A stretch of DNA of 64,000 nucleotides from Neoconidiobolus thromboides FSU 785 (lineage: Eukaryota; Fungi; Entomophthoromycota). The translations under genes and the position numbers were made by a program. This document shows positions 1-11,085 of this stretch, in pieces (the first letter of the stretch is position 1; every line of letters begins with the position of its first letter). The stretch covers positions 1-64,000 of the forward strand of contig MU626327.1 in NCBI GenBank assembly GCA_025603075.1, given 5' to 3'. The notes under the pieces were generated by a model. That model did not search any database, had not been told where the DNA came from, and was given only the letters and a program-made list of their open reading frames with translations.

Positions 1-1095
1 GGCTTATTATCTTATATTAGTTTATCTCACTCTAACTATGACCTTACTAAACGATATTTTTTAGATGCAGTAAGGATGGCTCAATGTTTAGGTTACGATA
101 TAAATAATTCTTTATTTAATACAATAGATGTTACATTTACAAGATATAATAAACTATTTGAAGGCAATAACATATGGAAAACTCTTCATCTCACCTATAT
201 AGTTCTTTCGGCTAGTATTCCAGATATGCCTTTCATTAAATTTGAAGTCAAAGATCCCCTACCATTTACTATTGAGAATCAAAGTAAACGTGATAATGAA
301 ATAGATTATAAGACTGTAAGCGAGTTACCTTATGTATATATTCAAGATTATATTGATGTGAAAGTAAAGATAACAGCTCACATACAAAAAGTGAAAGAGA
401 CTTACAAATCAATTAAGGATTATTCAAAGCTACCGATCGATGCTTTAATTTTACCTCAAAATGAATTTACGAATTGTTTGGGTATGCTAAAGAATTTAAT
501 TCAAGATCAAAAGTTAATAAGAGATGAAAGTCATTATACTAGAAAAGAATTAAATGAAAGAACTAATAGCTATGAATTTAATTTCAAACGATATCTTAAA
601 GTATTGATACAACATGTTAGTATTATACTATATTATCCATGTATTATGATTTATCCACAACCTGTTCACTTTGAAAAGTCAAAATTAAAGCTACTATTTC
701 ATTATTCTAATCAAGTTATTACCTATTGTTTAAATATCGGCTTAAATAAAAAATTAAAATCAAAAAAGTTTACTAGAATACGACAATTTGGTCCCAAACT
801 TCCATTTCAATCCAATATTAGTATCCCTTTTTATTATCAAATGTGTTATCCTTTTTTTGCACTTACCAATTTATTACATCATACTTCCAATTTGTGCGAG
901 GAGGATAGGTTATTATTTAATGAATCAAAAATTAAATGTGTATTATTAGTTCAAGAGCTTTATAACGTATCGAAATCTAATGATAAACGACATGCTAAAG
1001 ATTCTAATAATGCTTTAAATCAAATTAAATACTGTATCCATCGATTCCAACTCCCTTCAGATTTAATAGAAAAGATATCTATCTATTTAAATTAA
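1..1095 (+). CDS. Fungal TF middle-homology-like family member A (5'-truncated by window edge)
   Basis: The frame is open from base 1 (GLLSYISLSHSNYDLTKRYFLDAVRMAQCLG...). It closely resembles 22622..24373. The RMAQCLG...IWKTL motif resembles the Fungal_trans 'A.R.A..LG...RRR.W' motif. Confidence 0.8.
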   Translation, partial: GLLSYISLSHSNYDLTKRYFLDAVRMAQCLGYDINNSLFNTIDVTFTRYNKLFEGNNIWKTLHLTYIVLSASIPDMPFIKFEVKDPLPFTIENQSKRDNEIDYKTVSELPYVYIQDYIDVKVKITAHIQKVKETYKSIKDYSKLPIDALILPQNEFTNCLGMLKNLIQDQKLIRDESHYTRKELNERTNSYEFNFKRYLKVLIQHVSIILYYPCIMIYPQPVHFEKSKLKLLFHYSNQVITYCLNIGLNKKLKSKKFTRIRQFGPKLPFQSNISIPFYYQMCYPFFALTNLLHHTSNLCEEDRLLFNESKIKCVLLVQELYNVSKSNDKRHAKDSNNALNQIKYCIHRFQLPSDLIEKISIYLN

Positions 1096-1190
1096 GTTTA
1101 CTAGTTTTATTATAATAAATTTGAATCTAACATTAGTTTTTATCTTTTTATTTGTTTATTATTGTTACTATTATCTATTAAAATGATATA

Positions 1191-1288
1191 TAGGGATGTA
1201 TTTTTATATTCAAATTTCAGTGATAGTTTTTCCATTTAAATAATGCTTAAAAGATAGAAAAAGTAATGAAGCCAAAAAAACACCCCTG
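1191..1288 (+). mobile_element. ~100-bp TA-flanked MITE, copy 1
   Basis: TA-tagggatgtattttt...aaaaaaacacccctg-TA, with the family core recognisable. Confidence 0.85.
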
Positions 1289-1559
1289 TATGTATTTATC
1301 CAAATTCATATTGGACTATATAAAATGATACTTATTTTACTACATTATATTTCATCAAATCAATTATTTCTGTAATGAGCTTTGAAGAAAAGAATGATTT
1401 TGTAGAGAGAGTAGTATTAGTGAAAAAAATATAATGAAGTAACAGATATCCGGCTTTTTTTGAATAGACAAAGTGTGGAACTTATACTATCAATATTAAT
1501 AACATCCATTTATAAGCAATTTGAACTTTAAAAAAATATAATAGATTAATATAAAAAAT

Positions 1560-1900
1560 GAAACATGTCCAAATACATCAAGCAAACCTAAATGATTAGC
1601 TCATAAATTTAAATATTTACTATCCCTTACCTTATCTAATCCTCGAGGTTATTGTCAATATTTCAGATTTCCCAATGTTCCTCAAAATTTTTATTATTTT
1701 TACTGGTTTAATCAGTTCATAAAAGCTTTACAGTCTTCCGCTTTGGGCTTTTAAACATCCCCATATCAACCACTATTCCTTCCTTGTAAATCGATAGAAA
1801 GTACCATAGAAGCAGGGACCCTAAGTTACTTATCATTGATTTCATAACTCTTCAAAGGATAGTAAACAGTTGGACTTGCTACTTGATCTTACAGAAACGT
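1560..1900 (-). mobile_element. Possible degraded Tc1/mariner transposase relic (or a lone MITE TIR)
   Basis: Minus strand reads YW*NV...SKSN, then IWGCL about 45 codons later, similar to Tc1 W..V.(F/W)SDE.K.N...VWGCF. The tggggatgt codons also equal the MITE terminus. Confidence 0.3.
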
Positions 1901-2036
1901 TCTACCAATAGTTTAGTTATATCTTTAGTATTATATATATGCTTTATAGTTAACAAAGCATTCAAGGTTAATTTATTTGAGATAAAAATAAATAAAATAT
2001 TTTGTTATTTAATTTTATATAAACTTTATTTTTATA

Positions 2037-2136
2037 TGGGAGTGTTTTTTTTGATTTCATTACCTTTTCCATTTTTTAAACACTATTTGAGCGAAAGGAT
2101 TGCTAGTAAAATTCTTAAATCAAAAAGACGTTCCCA
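2037..2136 (-). mobile_element. MITE copy 2
   Basis: TA-tgggagtgttttttttgatttcattac...cgttccca, reverse orientation. Confidence 0.85.
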
Positions 2137-2424
2137 AATACTGATGCCACTTCCGCTATTGGATCGATCAAATAAAGTACGAACTTAGTTTTTAATAACC
2201 TCTCCTTTGAATCTTAAAATACCACTTAATAAAATAAAATAATGCTAGATAGAAATATACCCAGTAAAAAGCTGCTATTAAGTATTAAAGATGGCATTAA
2301 AAAAGTATAAAGGATACAGTTAGTTCAGCTATCGTTAACATACAAAAAGAACTTAAAGTAAAGCTTTTAATTACATAAAAATATTAAAAAGAAAAGTGAT
2401 GATTAAGTATCTAATTTAATATAT

Positions 2425-2523
2425 TGGGATGCATTTTTTTGCTTAAGAATTATACTAACAATTTTTCCACTCAAGCAATGCCTAAAAGATGAAAAAAGTA
2501 ATGAAATCGAAAGAATACTTTCA
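2425..2523 (+). mobile_element. MITE copy 3 (degenerate right end)
   Basis: tgggatgcatttttttgcttaagaattatactaacaatttttccactcaa... Confidence 0.75.
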
Positions 2524-3793
2524 TCATAAATTAAACGAAACTTAAATTTAAAATTTAAAATGCTCAATATTTTTGAAAACATAAGTATAGAGCTCTTTTA
2601 TGCTTCCGAAATATAGTGATAAACTTATGAAAGGAAATTTCGAAACGCTATGTATTTAAATATTTATAACATATTACAACTAAAACACAAAATATATATT
2701 AGCATTAAAACATTGAATTCAGTAAACTTTCTTATAATAACATAATATATTTTTAATCAATTAACTAGATAGAAGGCATCCATCTCAAGGAAACTAACCT
2801 TGTAATAGAAACACTAACGTTGCTTCATGCGGGGAATTAATAGTATGTTATAAATATTAAATATACTTTTTTAGTCTAAATAAATGAGCGAAGAAAGAGA
2901 TATCATATCAAGCTTAAAGTTAATCTTAAAAAAACTGATCAATTATTTTGTTCTAATGTAGCTATATCATTTTCAAATATTTAAATTTATTAACATTTCA
3001 AAAGTATAAACTATTTTATAAAAAGTAAAATAAACTTTAGTATTATACTTCTAGAAACGTTAGAACATACTTTAATCTAATTGAGTCGGACTATCTTTTA
3101 AACAGGAGCATTGTACATAATGATTCTCTTCAATGACATTTAGAAAAGATTTGGGTTTTAATTCTCTCTGACATCTACTTGAAAATTTTTTTAACTTTTA
3201 CCGTATATATTTACAAAAGAAGCAAATTAACTAAAATGCAATAAAACTTAAACAAACAAAAATGATAAATAAAATAAAAGGTTTTTAGAAAATGTTAAAT
3301 TTAATATTTTTGTTTCCATTGCCTTAATACTTGAAAACAAGTTATAAAGGATCATTGTTAGTCTTAATCATAAAGCTTGGGCTCTAATGGACAAACATTC
3401 TATTAAAGTTAGAAAAGTTATCTGATAAACTAATTATTTGCAAAATATTATCATTTAAGCAGCAAAGAGCTCAATCAAGGCATAAAAGCCTTGATTAAGT
3501 CAGCAAGTTCTTTACTATATTAATATCAATCCCCTTCCTAAATTAGAATTTAACAAAAATGCCCTTTTTTAGCTCAGTGATTTATTTCGATTTGCATAAA
3601 AATAGAAAAATTGTTAACGAGTACTAAAACAAGTAAATGCGTTCTAGCATTTTTTTACTTTCTTATGCTTAATTACTGAAGTTTTATTATCATTAAAATG
3701 CATTTCTGTACCTTTTATTTTATATGTATAACTCAAAATAAGCTACAATAGAATAGCACTATATAAAGCTAAAAGGAAAATAAGAAATCAATT

Positions 3794-5541
3794 ATGAAAT
3801 TAAACTCAAAAATGAGAATAAGGAGTAGAGTAGGTTTATTAAAATCGAAACTAGATGACATTGATTGTACGTTAAATAAGATATTTCAACAATTGGATAC
3901 TTATTCGAATTTAGAACTTAAACAAAAAATAAACGGTAATTAGTTTATTATCTTTATAGTGTTTGATTTAATCTAATTTAATTTTTAGACTATCTAAAAT
4001 GGCTTGAAAAAGAATTCACAATAATATATCGAGAGAAGAGATATAGTAATAAAGAAATTCAAAAAAAGATCACCCAACTTGAGATTATATTACAAAGAAA
4101 TCATAATCTTGATATTTTTTCAAAGATTTCAATGACTAAGATAGCATTGAGAAATAGCAATATAATAGGAGCATATCAACCTTATGGTCGATTTTTAGAA
4201 CAGGGTTCTGTTTTTTTCTTGAATGTTGTAGATCCATATAATTTATGGTTTAACGAACTCACTTTAAGGGAAATATTAATAAGAAAAGAGCCCAACATAT
4301 TATCTTATACTTTAATGGCACTACTTGCTCGCTTTACTCTTTCACATAAAGGTATAGCTTATAAAGAAATATATGGGAAATCTTTACAAGGAGTAAAAGC
4401 AACCTTACATCAGTGTTATTCAAATCCAAGCTACAATCATGTAGTAGCTTTAGGATTATTATGTTATATCAGTTTGTCACATTATAATTTTAATCTTGCT
4501 AAACAACATCTTTTGAATGCTATAAGAATGGCTCAATGCTTAAATTACGATATTGATAGTTTTTCATTTCATATGATAAATGTTAATTGTACAAGATATG
4601 ATGAGTTACTACGAGGTAGAAGGGTTTGGAAAATTTTATATCTTTTCTATTTAGTTCTTTCTTCTCGTATTCTAAATATGCCAGTCATTAAATTTGAAGT
4701 CAAAGATATCTTACAATTTTTTAGAAAAAATCAAAAAAAATATTATAACAGTAATAGAGAAATAAGCTACAAGGCCATCAGTGAAGTTTCATATTTATAT
4801 ATCAAAGACTTCATTGAAATATATATAAAAATATCAATTCACATGCAACAAATAAAAGAAACTTATAAATCAGTTAAAGATTTTTCAAAGATACCTACCA
4901 ATGCTTTGATTTTACCTCAAAAAGAATTTATAAATTGCTTTACTATAATGTATAACTTAATTCAGGATCAAAACTTAATAAAAGATGAATGTGAATATGA
5001 TAGGCAAGAATTAATTGAAAAAATCAATGATTATGAGTTTAATTCTAGAAGGTATCTTAAATTAATGATTCATTATACTAGTATAGTACTTTATTACCCA
5101 TCAGTTATGATTTATCCACAACCTGTTTTATTCGAAAGAAGAGAACTAAAATTACTGTTTCATCACGCTAATCAGGTAATTATTTATTGCTTAAACATTA
5201 GCTTAGATAATAAGATGAGTTATAAGGATTCCACTAAAAGGCATAAATTCCAAGCTAATATTCACATACCTTTTTACTACAAGCTTTGTTTTTGTTTTTT
5301 TATGCTTGCTAACCTATTACATCATGCTTCGAGTTTATGTAAAGAAGACATGTGGATGATTGATGAATCAAAAGTAAAATGTATATTATTAGTTAATGAA
5401 CTCATTAGTGTATCAAAATCTAGGGATAAAAGATATGTAAATGATGCTACTAATGCATTAAATCAAATTAGATGTTGTATTTATCGATTTCAGTTGCCCA
5501 AAGAGTTTATAGATGAGATAATAGTATGTCTTAATCAATAA
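3794..5541 (+). CDS. Fungal TF middle-homology-like family member B, join(3794..3935,3989..5541), 564 aa
   Basis: Exon 1 (MKLNSKMRIRSRV...) aligns with the N-terminus of paralog E. A 53-nt GTAAT...CTAAT...TAG intron restores the frame into DYLKW and the 469-aa ORF. Confidence 0.85.
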
Positions 5542-5635
5542 TTTAAAGAAATTTAAATAAATCGAATTTTTTCTTAACTATATTTGTATTTTTATTATAT
5601 CCAAAATTTATTAGTATTTTTTTAAAAAGTAGATA

Positions 5636-5734
5636 TGGAGATGTTTTTTGTGTTTAAGAGTTTTACTAACAATTTTTCCACTCAAATAGCGCTTAAAAAA
5701 TGAAAAAATAATGAAATTAAAAAAAACATCCCCA
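5636..5734 (+). mobile_element. MITE copy 4
   Basis: TA-tggagatgttttttgtgtttaagag...ctcaaatagcgcttaaaaaatg...aaaacatcccca. Confidence 0.9.
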
Positions 5735-7323
5735 AATGGTGATTATTTTATTACTAATGTTTAATTGATTTTAGAGTGTTTAAAAAGGTTTAGAAGAGTG
5801 TTTAAAATAATATATCGAGAGAAGAGATATAGTAACAATGAAATCCAAAAAAGGAGTTATCCAGTTTGAGATTGTATTGTAGAGGAATCATAATTTTGAT
5901 GTTATTTTATTACTTTGAATGACTAATATAATATTGAGAAATGGTAACATCATGACAATCGAGCACCCCTATGATCAATTTTCAGAATAAGGCTCTACAT
6001 TTCTTCTTGATTTTTGGTCTCTTTAACTTATGGTCAAATGAATCTGGATTAAGGGCAATTTTAATGAATAAAAAACCCAATATATTATCCTACACATTAA
6101 TTGTTCTTCTTTCTCGTTTCGCTCTCTACATGATAGTATATCTTATAAACAAATTTATCGAAACACTTTGCAGAATAAAAATAGTTTTACCCCAATATTA
6201 CTCCAATACGAGCTATAGCTATGTGATAGTTTTAGACTTATTACCTTACATTAGTTTATCTCATTTCAATTAAAATCTTGCTAAGTGTTATTTTTTAGAT
6301 GTTGTAAGAACGGATTAATACTTAGGATATGATATTAACGATACTTCTTTTGATAGGGTAGATATCACATATATTAGATGTGACAAATTACCTCGATGCA
6401 GAAAGATTTGGAAAATTCTTTACAATATACATTTCTCTCATCTTGTATTCCAGATATGCCTTTTGTTAAATTTGAAATCAAGGATCCTTTACGAATTTTA
6501 ATAGAAAGCAAAGCCAAAACAAACACAATATTAGTAAAAAAGCAATCTACAGACTAATAAGTAACTACCCACATTTAAATACTAAAGCTTTCACCAACAT
6601 AAATATAAAAATTGAAAGATACATGAAAAAAAGGAATAAGAACTTACGAAGCATATAGCGATTATTCTAAGATACAATTCAATGGTTTAATTTTATCTTA
6701 AAGCAAAATTGATAGCTGTTTAACTATTCAATAAATATAATCAAAGATCGAAAGTTGACGAGAGGTGAATGTGATTAGAGTAACAAAGAATTAAAAGAGA
6801 AAGTAAACGATCATGAATCCACTTTTAAAAGATACTTTAAAGTATCAATTCAACATTGTATTATAATACTATATTACCTATCGGTTATGATTTATTCATA
6901 GTTTGTTCAATTCTATTTTATTATGCTGACTAAGTTATCACTTACTGTTTGAATATTAACTTATATAATAAGTTAGATTGTAAGGTTTCTTCTAAATTGA
7001 AATATATTAATCCTAACTATAATTCTTAAATTAATATAAATTTAACTTTTTATTATCAAGTGTACTATTCCTTTTTTGTTCTTATTACTTTATTAAATCA
7101 AGCATCAGGTTTACAATTGGAAGATATACCGATGATTAATGAATTAAAAACAAACTATTTATTATTACTCAAAGATCTTGATAAGGTATTTAAATTTAAC
7201 AATAAAAGATGTGTTAACGATACTGTTAATGCTTTGAATCAGATTAAACCTTATATTCATCAATTTCACTTATCATCAGGTTTAATAGAAGAGATAACAA
7301 TATATTTCAATTATTTATATTGA
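5735..7323 (+). pseudogene. TF-like family pseudogene P1 (exon 1 missing, many stops and frameshifts)
   Basis: Collinear with gene B from the intron onward (tatatcgagagaagagatatagtaa is shared). Only ORF fragments 5971..6273 and 7060..7323 remain. Confidence 0.85.
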
Positions 7324-7499
7324 TATTATTAAATAGATTCAGGATAGGTATCATTAAACAGTTTCTATCTTCAAAAAAATAATTAAATTTATATTTCAAT
7401 ACTTTTTTTTGTGAATATATCAAGCTCAATCAGAGCAAGGTAGTAATTTATTTTGACAAGATTTCATATTAGAAAGAATTTAAAGTGCAACTAGATCTA

Positions 7500-8010
7500 T
7501 AAGTACCAGAGGAGGAAAAAAGGTAATATAGCCAATTTGAGGCAGTTCTGGAATTAAAGATAATAGTAAAAACATGTTTGGATTCCCGAAAGGCTAAGGG
7601 TTTCCATCAAAGGACTAAAGTAAATACAGGAGATGTGGAGTTTATTGTCATAAAGTTGCTATTATAGAAGATTCCATCAAGGATCCAGATTGAAGAGGCA
7701 GTTAATAAGGAAAAGAGGAATTTGAAGACTTTAGATAATAAACTATAAATAGAGCTAAAACGATCCTTAATTATCAGAGTCCAAGAGGGCTAATTTAAAA
7801 TATGGATCAGAAGTGAACTAATAAAATTTACTATATTTGCAATCTAAAAATATATGAGAGACAAAATCATATATATCTATGCTTGCAACCAAATAGATAA
7901 CAATTAATAACTAAAAGTTCAGAGTGACAAGCTTGAGCCATTGTAGTGTACCCATTAAGGGAAGAATATCAAAAAGCAGAAATCAATTTAGGTGCAATCC
8001 ACGTTTCTGT
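7500..8010 (+). mobile_element. Possible eroded Ty3/gypsy reverse-transcriptase relic
   Basis: Fragments KVNTGDVE.I and VPIK/EEYQK resemble Ty3 'I.TGD..PI' and 'VPI.EED..KTAF'. The sequence is heavily interrupted. Confidence 0.25.
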
Positions 8011-8759
8011 TAATAATCTAATTCTTACTCCAGACAATTAAGTAGAATAGTTAAATAAAAAATAATTAGCTTTAGTAAAAAATATAATATTTTCAATTTT
8101 TGATTCGACATCTCTATTGATAACTTTTGTCTATAATTTGGATTTTAATACATAGATGTATGTTCAATTGCATAATATATATCAGATAGTAGAGAACAAT
8201 ATCTACCGAGAAAAAAAGCATCGAATAAACAAAATTCCATAAGTTCATTAATGAGAAAAGAAACTGAATTGTTAATCTGTATAGAAATTACCAGTCAATA
8301 CCGATTTCTACATTCTAAGTATGAGGCCTTTATTTACAAAAAATATGAGTAAAGGCCCTATGTCATTGAAGATTTTAGGTGTAACAAAAGAGGGGTATGC
8401 AGCTTCATGTTATATTACAAAGTTTTTTGATATCAATCTTCCCATTTTATTACTATTATCATTATTTCAAATAAAGAGATAAATGAATAAATATTGAATT
8501 TCCTTTTAGAATTGAAATTAGTTTCTTTTGATAATCAATTTAGCTTTATTTTATAACTTATAACTCTAAAGGAATCAATACAACAAACTAATTTCAAAAT
8601 AGAGTAAAATCGATTATCAAAAAAAATCATAAATTTATCACAATTACAATCTCAATTTTGAATATTAAATACCCCGTCTCTATCAAAAAGAATTGTCTAA
8701 TTTAATACCCTTTTCGGCTTTATTCACTCTAATTTTTTAACTTCTTTTTTCTCTTTTAA

Positions 8760-10498
8760 ATGATAAAACTTCAATTTAAACCAAACCCTTATAACAAAGA
8801 TGAACTAATTAAAGAATTAATACCATATCAAAAAAAGCGAGTTCGAAGTCGAGTAGATATATTAAATAAAAAGATAATGGAATTAGAAGCTATGATTGAA
8901 AATAATTTTAAAGATTTGAAAAGAATGAGTTGTAATAAAGTATTGATCGGTAAGTTTAATATAATTAAATAAATAGGATGTATTAAAATGAATTTCATCT
9001 TCTATTAATAATAGATTATATCTCCTGGCTAAAACTAGAATTATCTAACCTTCATTCACTTAAAGATAATAAACTCCAATTACTAACTCAAAAATCTCAA
9101 TTTTATACAGATCTTTTTTCCGCTTATTTAACTAACTCAAATAGCCCTAGTTTAACTTATTATGAAAACACCTGTTCTAGTAATTACGGTAAATTTCTCC
9201 AAAACGGTAATCAATTCTTCTTTACACACATTGATCCTTATGAATTATGGTTTCAACCTAATGATAATCCTTTGTTTGTTACTACTCAACAGTCCAATCT
9301 CTTATCCTATGTTTATTTAGCTGTAATAGCCCGCTTTACTCTTACTCATGGTACTAGTGCTCATACTCAAATCTATGGTCAAAGTTTAAAACAAATAAGA
9401 ATATTGTTATCTAAAGCTTATGATACTCCAAGTTATGACACAATAGTTAGTTTAAATTTATTATCTTTTTTAAGTTTAAGTCATTATAATTTCATTTTGG
9501 CAAAAAGATATTTATTATCGAGTATTCGAATGGCACAATGTTTAAGATTTGATATGAATGAACAAGAGTTTGGGGAATTGAGTGAATCGGAGATTCATTA
9601 TAAAGAAATCAAAAGAGGTAGAAGATTATGGGTTACTTTACACTTAAGCTATTTAATTATATCTTCAGCTATTAAAGAAATACCAACTATTAAATTTAAT
9701 ACTATTGATCCATATCAATTTTTTAAAATAAATCAAAAAACTCAAAAGGATGATGAAAAGGGTGAATTATGTATTAAAGAACTAAATGAAGTTCATATTA
9801 AATTACAAGCCAAGATTGAAAAAGTAAAACAAAACAGTGGGTTTAATGAGAGTGATAAAATTAACAACCAAGAATTAAGATTGAGTAATAAAGAATCAAA
9901 ATATTGTTTAGTAAAATTAAGCAGATTGAAAAAAAAGTACGAAATTCAAGGGAATAACAAAGAAGAAGAGAATATTGAATTTAATATTTATATGAATATA
10001 TCAATTGAATTAACTACTATTACATTGTACTATCCAAGCTTATTAATTATCCCACAACCTGCTTTGTTTTCAATAAAAGAATTTGAATTATTATATGAAT
10101 TATCAAATCAAGCAGTTTATTATTTTTTAAATCGAAAACAATATAACAAAACTAAACAACAGTTTGTAACTCAAAGCAATACAAAAGAAAGTAATAAGCA
10201 ATTAAATTTAAAACATCAAATTCATTTTCAATTACCTTATTATCATCAATTAATTTATTGTTTTTTTGTATTTATTAATATTCTTCATTTTGATGAATTG
10301 AACATTGATATTAATATCAATAAATTAATTGTTCAACATAGTAAATTACAAGCAATAGTAATATACAATGAATTAATTAAGATTACAAAAAATGAAAGTA
10401 AAAATGAAAAAATAGATGCTGAGAAAGGATTAGAAAGGATTAAAAAATACTTAGATTTATTTTGTTTAGATAACAAATTTAAGCAGAAGTTTTATTAA
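8760..10498 (+). CDS. Fungal TF middle-homology-like family member C (divergent), join(8760..8949,9015..10498), 557 aa
   Basis: A GTAAGT...TAG intron at the same phase-1 position as in B and E gives DYISWL and joins in frame to the 408-aa ORF (SIRMAQCL...RGRRLW). Confidence 0.85.
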
Positions 10499-10539
10499 AT
10501 GTATTGAGAAGAGAATAAATAATTTATTTTTGTACTTTA

Positions 10540-10752
10540 TTATTTTATTATTTTGTTATTTTTGTTATTTTTTATTAGTAAATTATTATTATTATTTTTA
10601 TTTTATTTTTGTTTTTTTATTTTTTTATTTTTTTATTTTCTTATTTTTTTATTTTTTTATTTATTTTTTTATTTTTTTATTTTTTTATTTATTTTTTTAT
10701 TTTTTTATTTATTTTTTTATTTTTTTATTTATTTTTTTATTTTTTTATTTAT
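10540..10752. repeat. T-rich imperfect minisatellite (TTTTTTTA / TTTA units)
   Basis: Directly visible tandem low-complexity tract. It explains the spurious F/Y-rich ORFs here. Confidence 0.9.
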
Positions 10753-10841
10753 TTCCTGAGAATAAAAGAATAAATCCGTAACTATTAATTTTTTACAGGG
10801 ATAAAAATTGTAATCAGCATAAAAATTCTAACAAGCATTGA

Positions 10842-10854
10842 TGATGAGTCATCA
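10842..10854. promoter_or_regulatory. Gcn4/CpcA (AP-1-type) element TGATGAGTCATCA upstream of CPA2
   Basis: Perfect ATGAGTCAT core extended to a 13-bp pseudo-palindrome, about 235 bp upstream of the ATG of an arginine-biosynthesis gene. Confidence 0.65.
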
Positions 10855-11085
10855 ACGTTAATTTGAAATAATCAACCATTAAAGATAAGAGATTAATTTA
10901 TTTAATAATTTGAATATGAATAAGTCCAACTCATAATTAATAAACTAGAATAATCATTAACATCATTAAAACATCACCCTTTTTATTTTATTGCATAATT
11001 AAAATATTCAATATAAATAGTCATTCTAATTGATTTTTATAAATTATCATTTTAAACTTAATTAAAATAACTAAATCTTCAAACT

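Noticed and set aside
3473-3496. 9-bp-stem hairpin aatcaaggc-ataaaa-gccttgatt as a Helitron 3' end or terminator
   Set aside because: No CTRR terminus follows; it is single-copy and short enough to be chance.
10530-10781. F/Y/I-rich ORFs 10530..10781 and 10553..10759
   Set aside because: Translation of a T-rich minisatellite, with TTG starts.
10800-11085. Arginine attenuator peptide uORF upstream of the CPSase gene
   Set aside because: AAP uORFs belong to the small-subunit gene (CPA1/arg-2), and no matching peptide was seen here.
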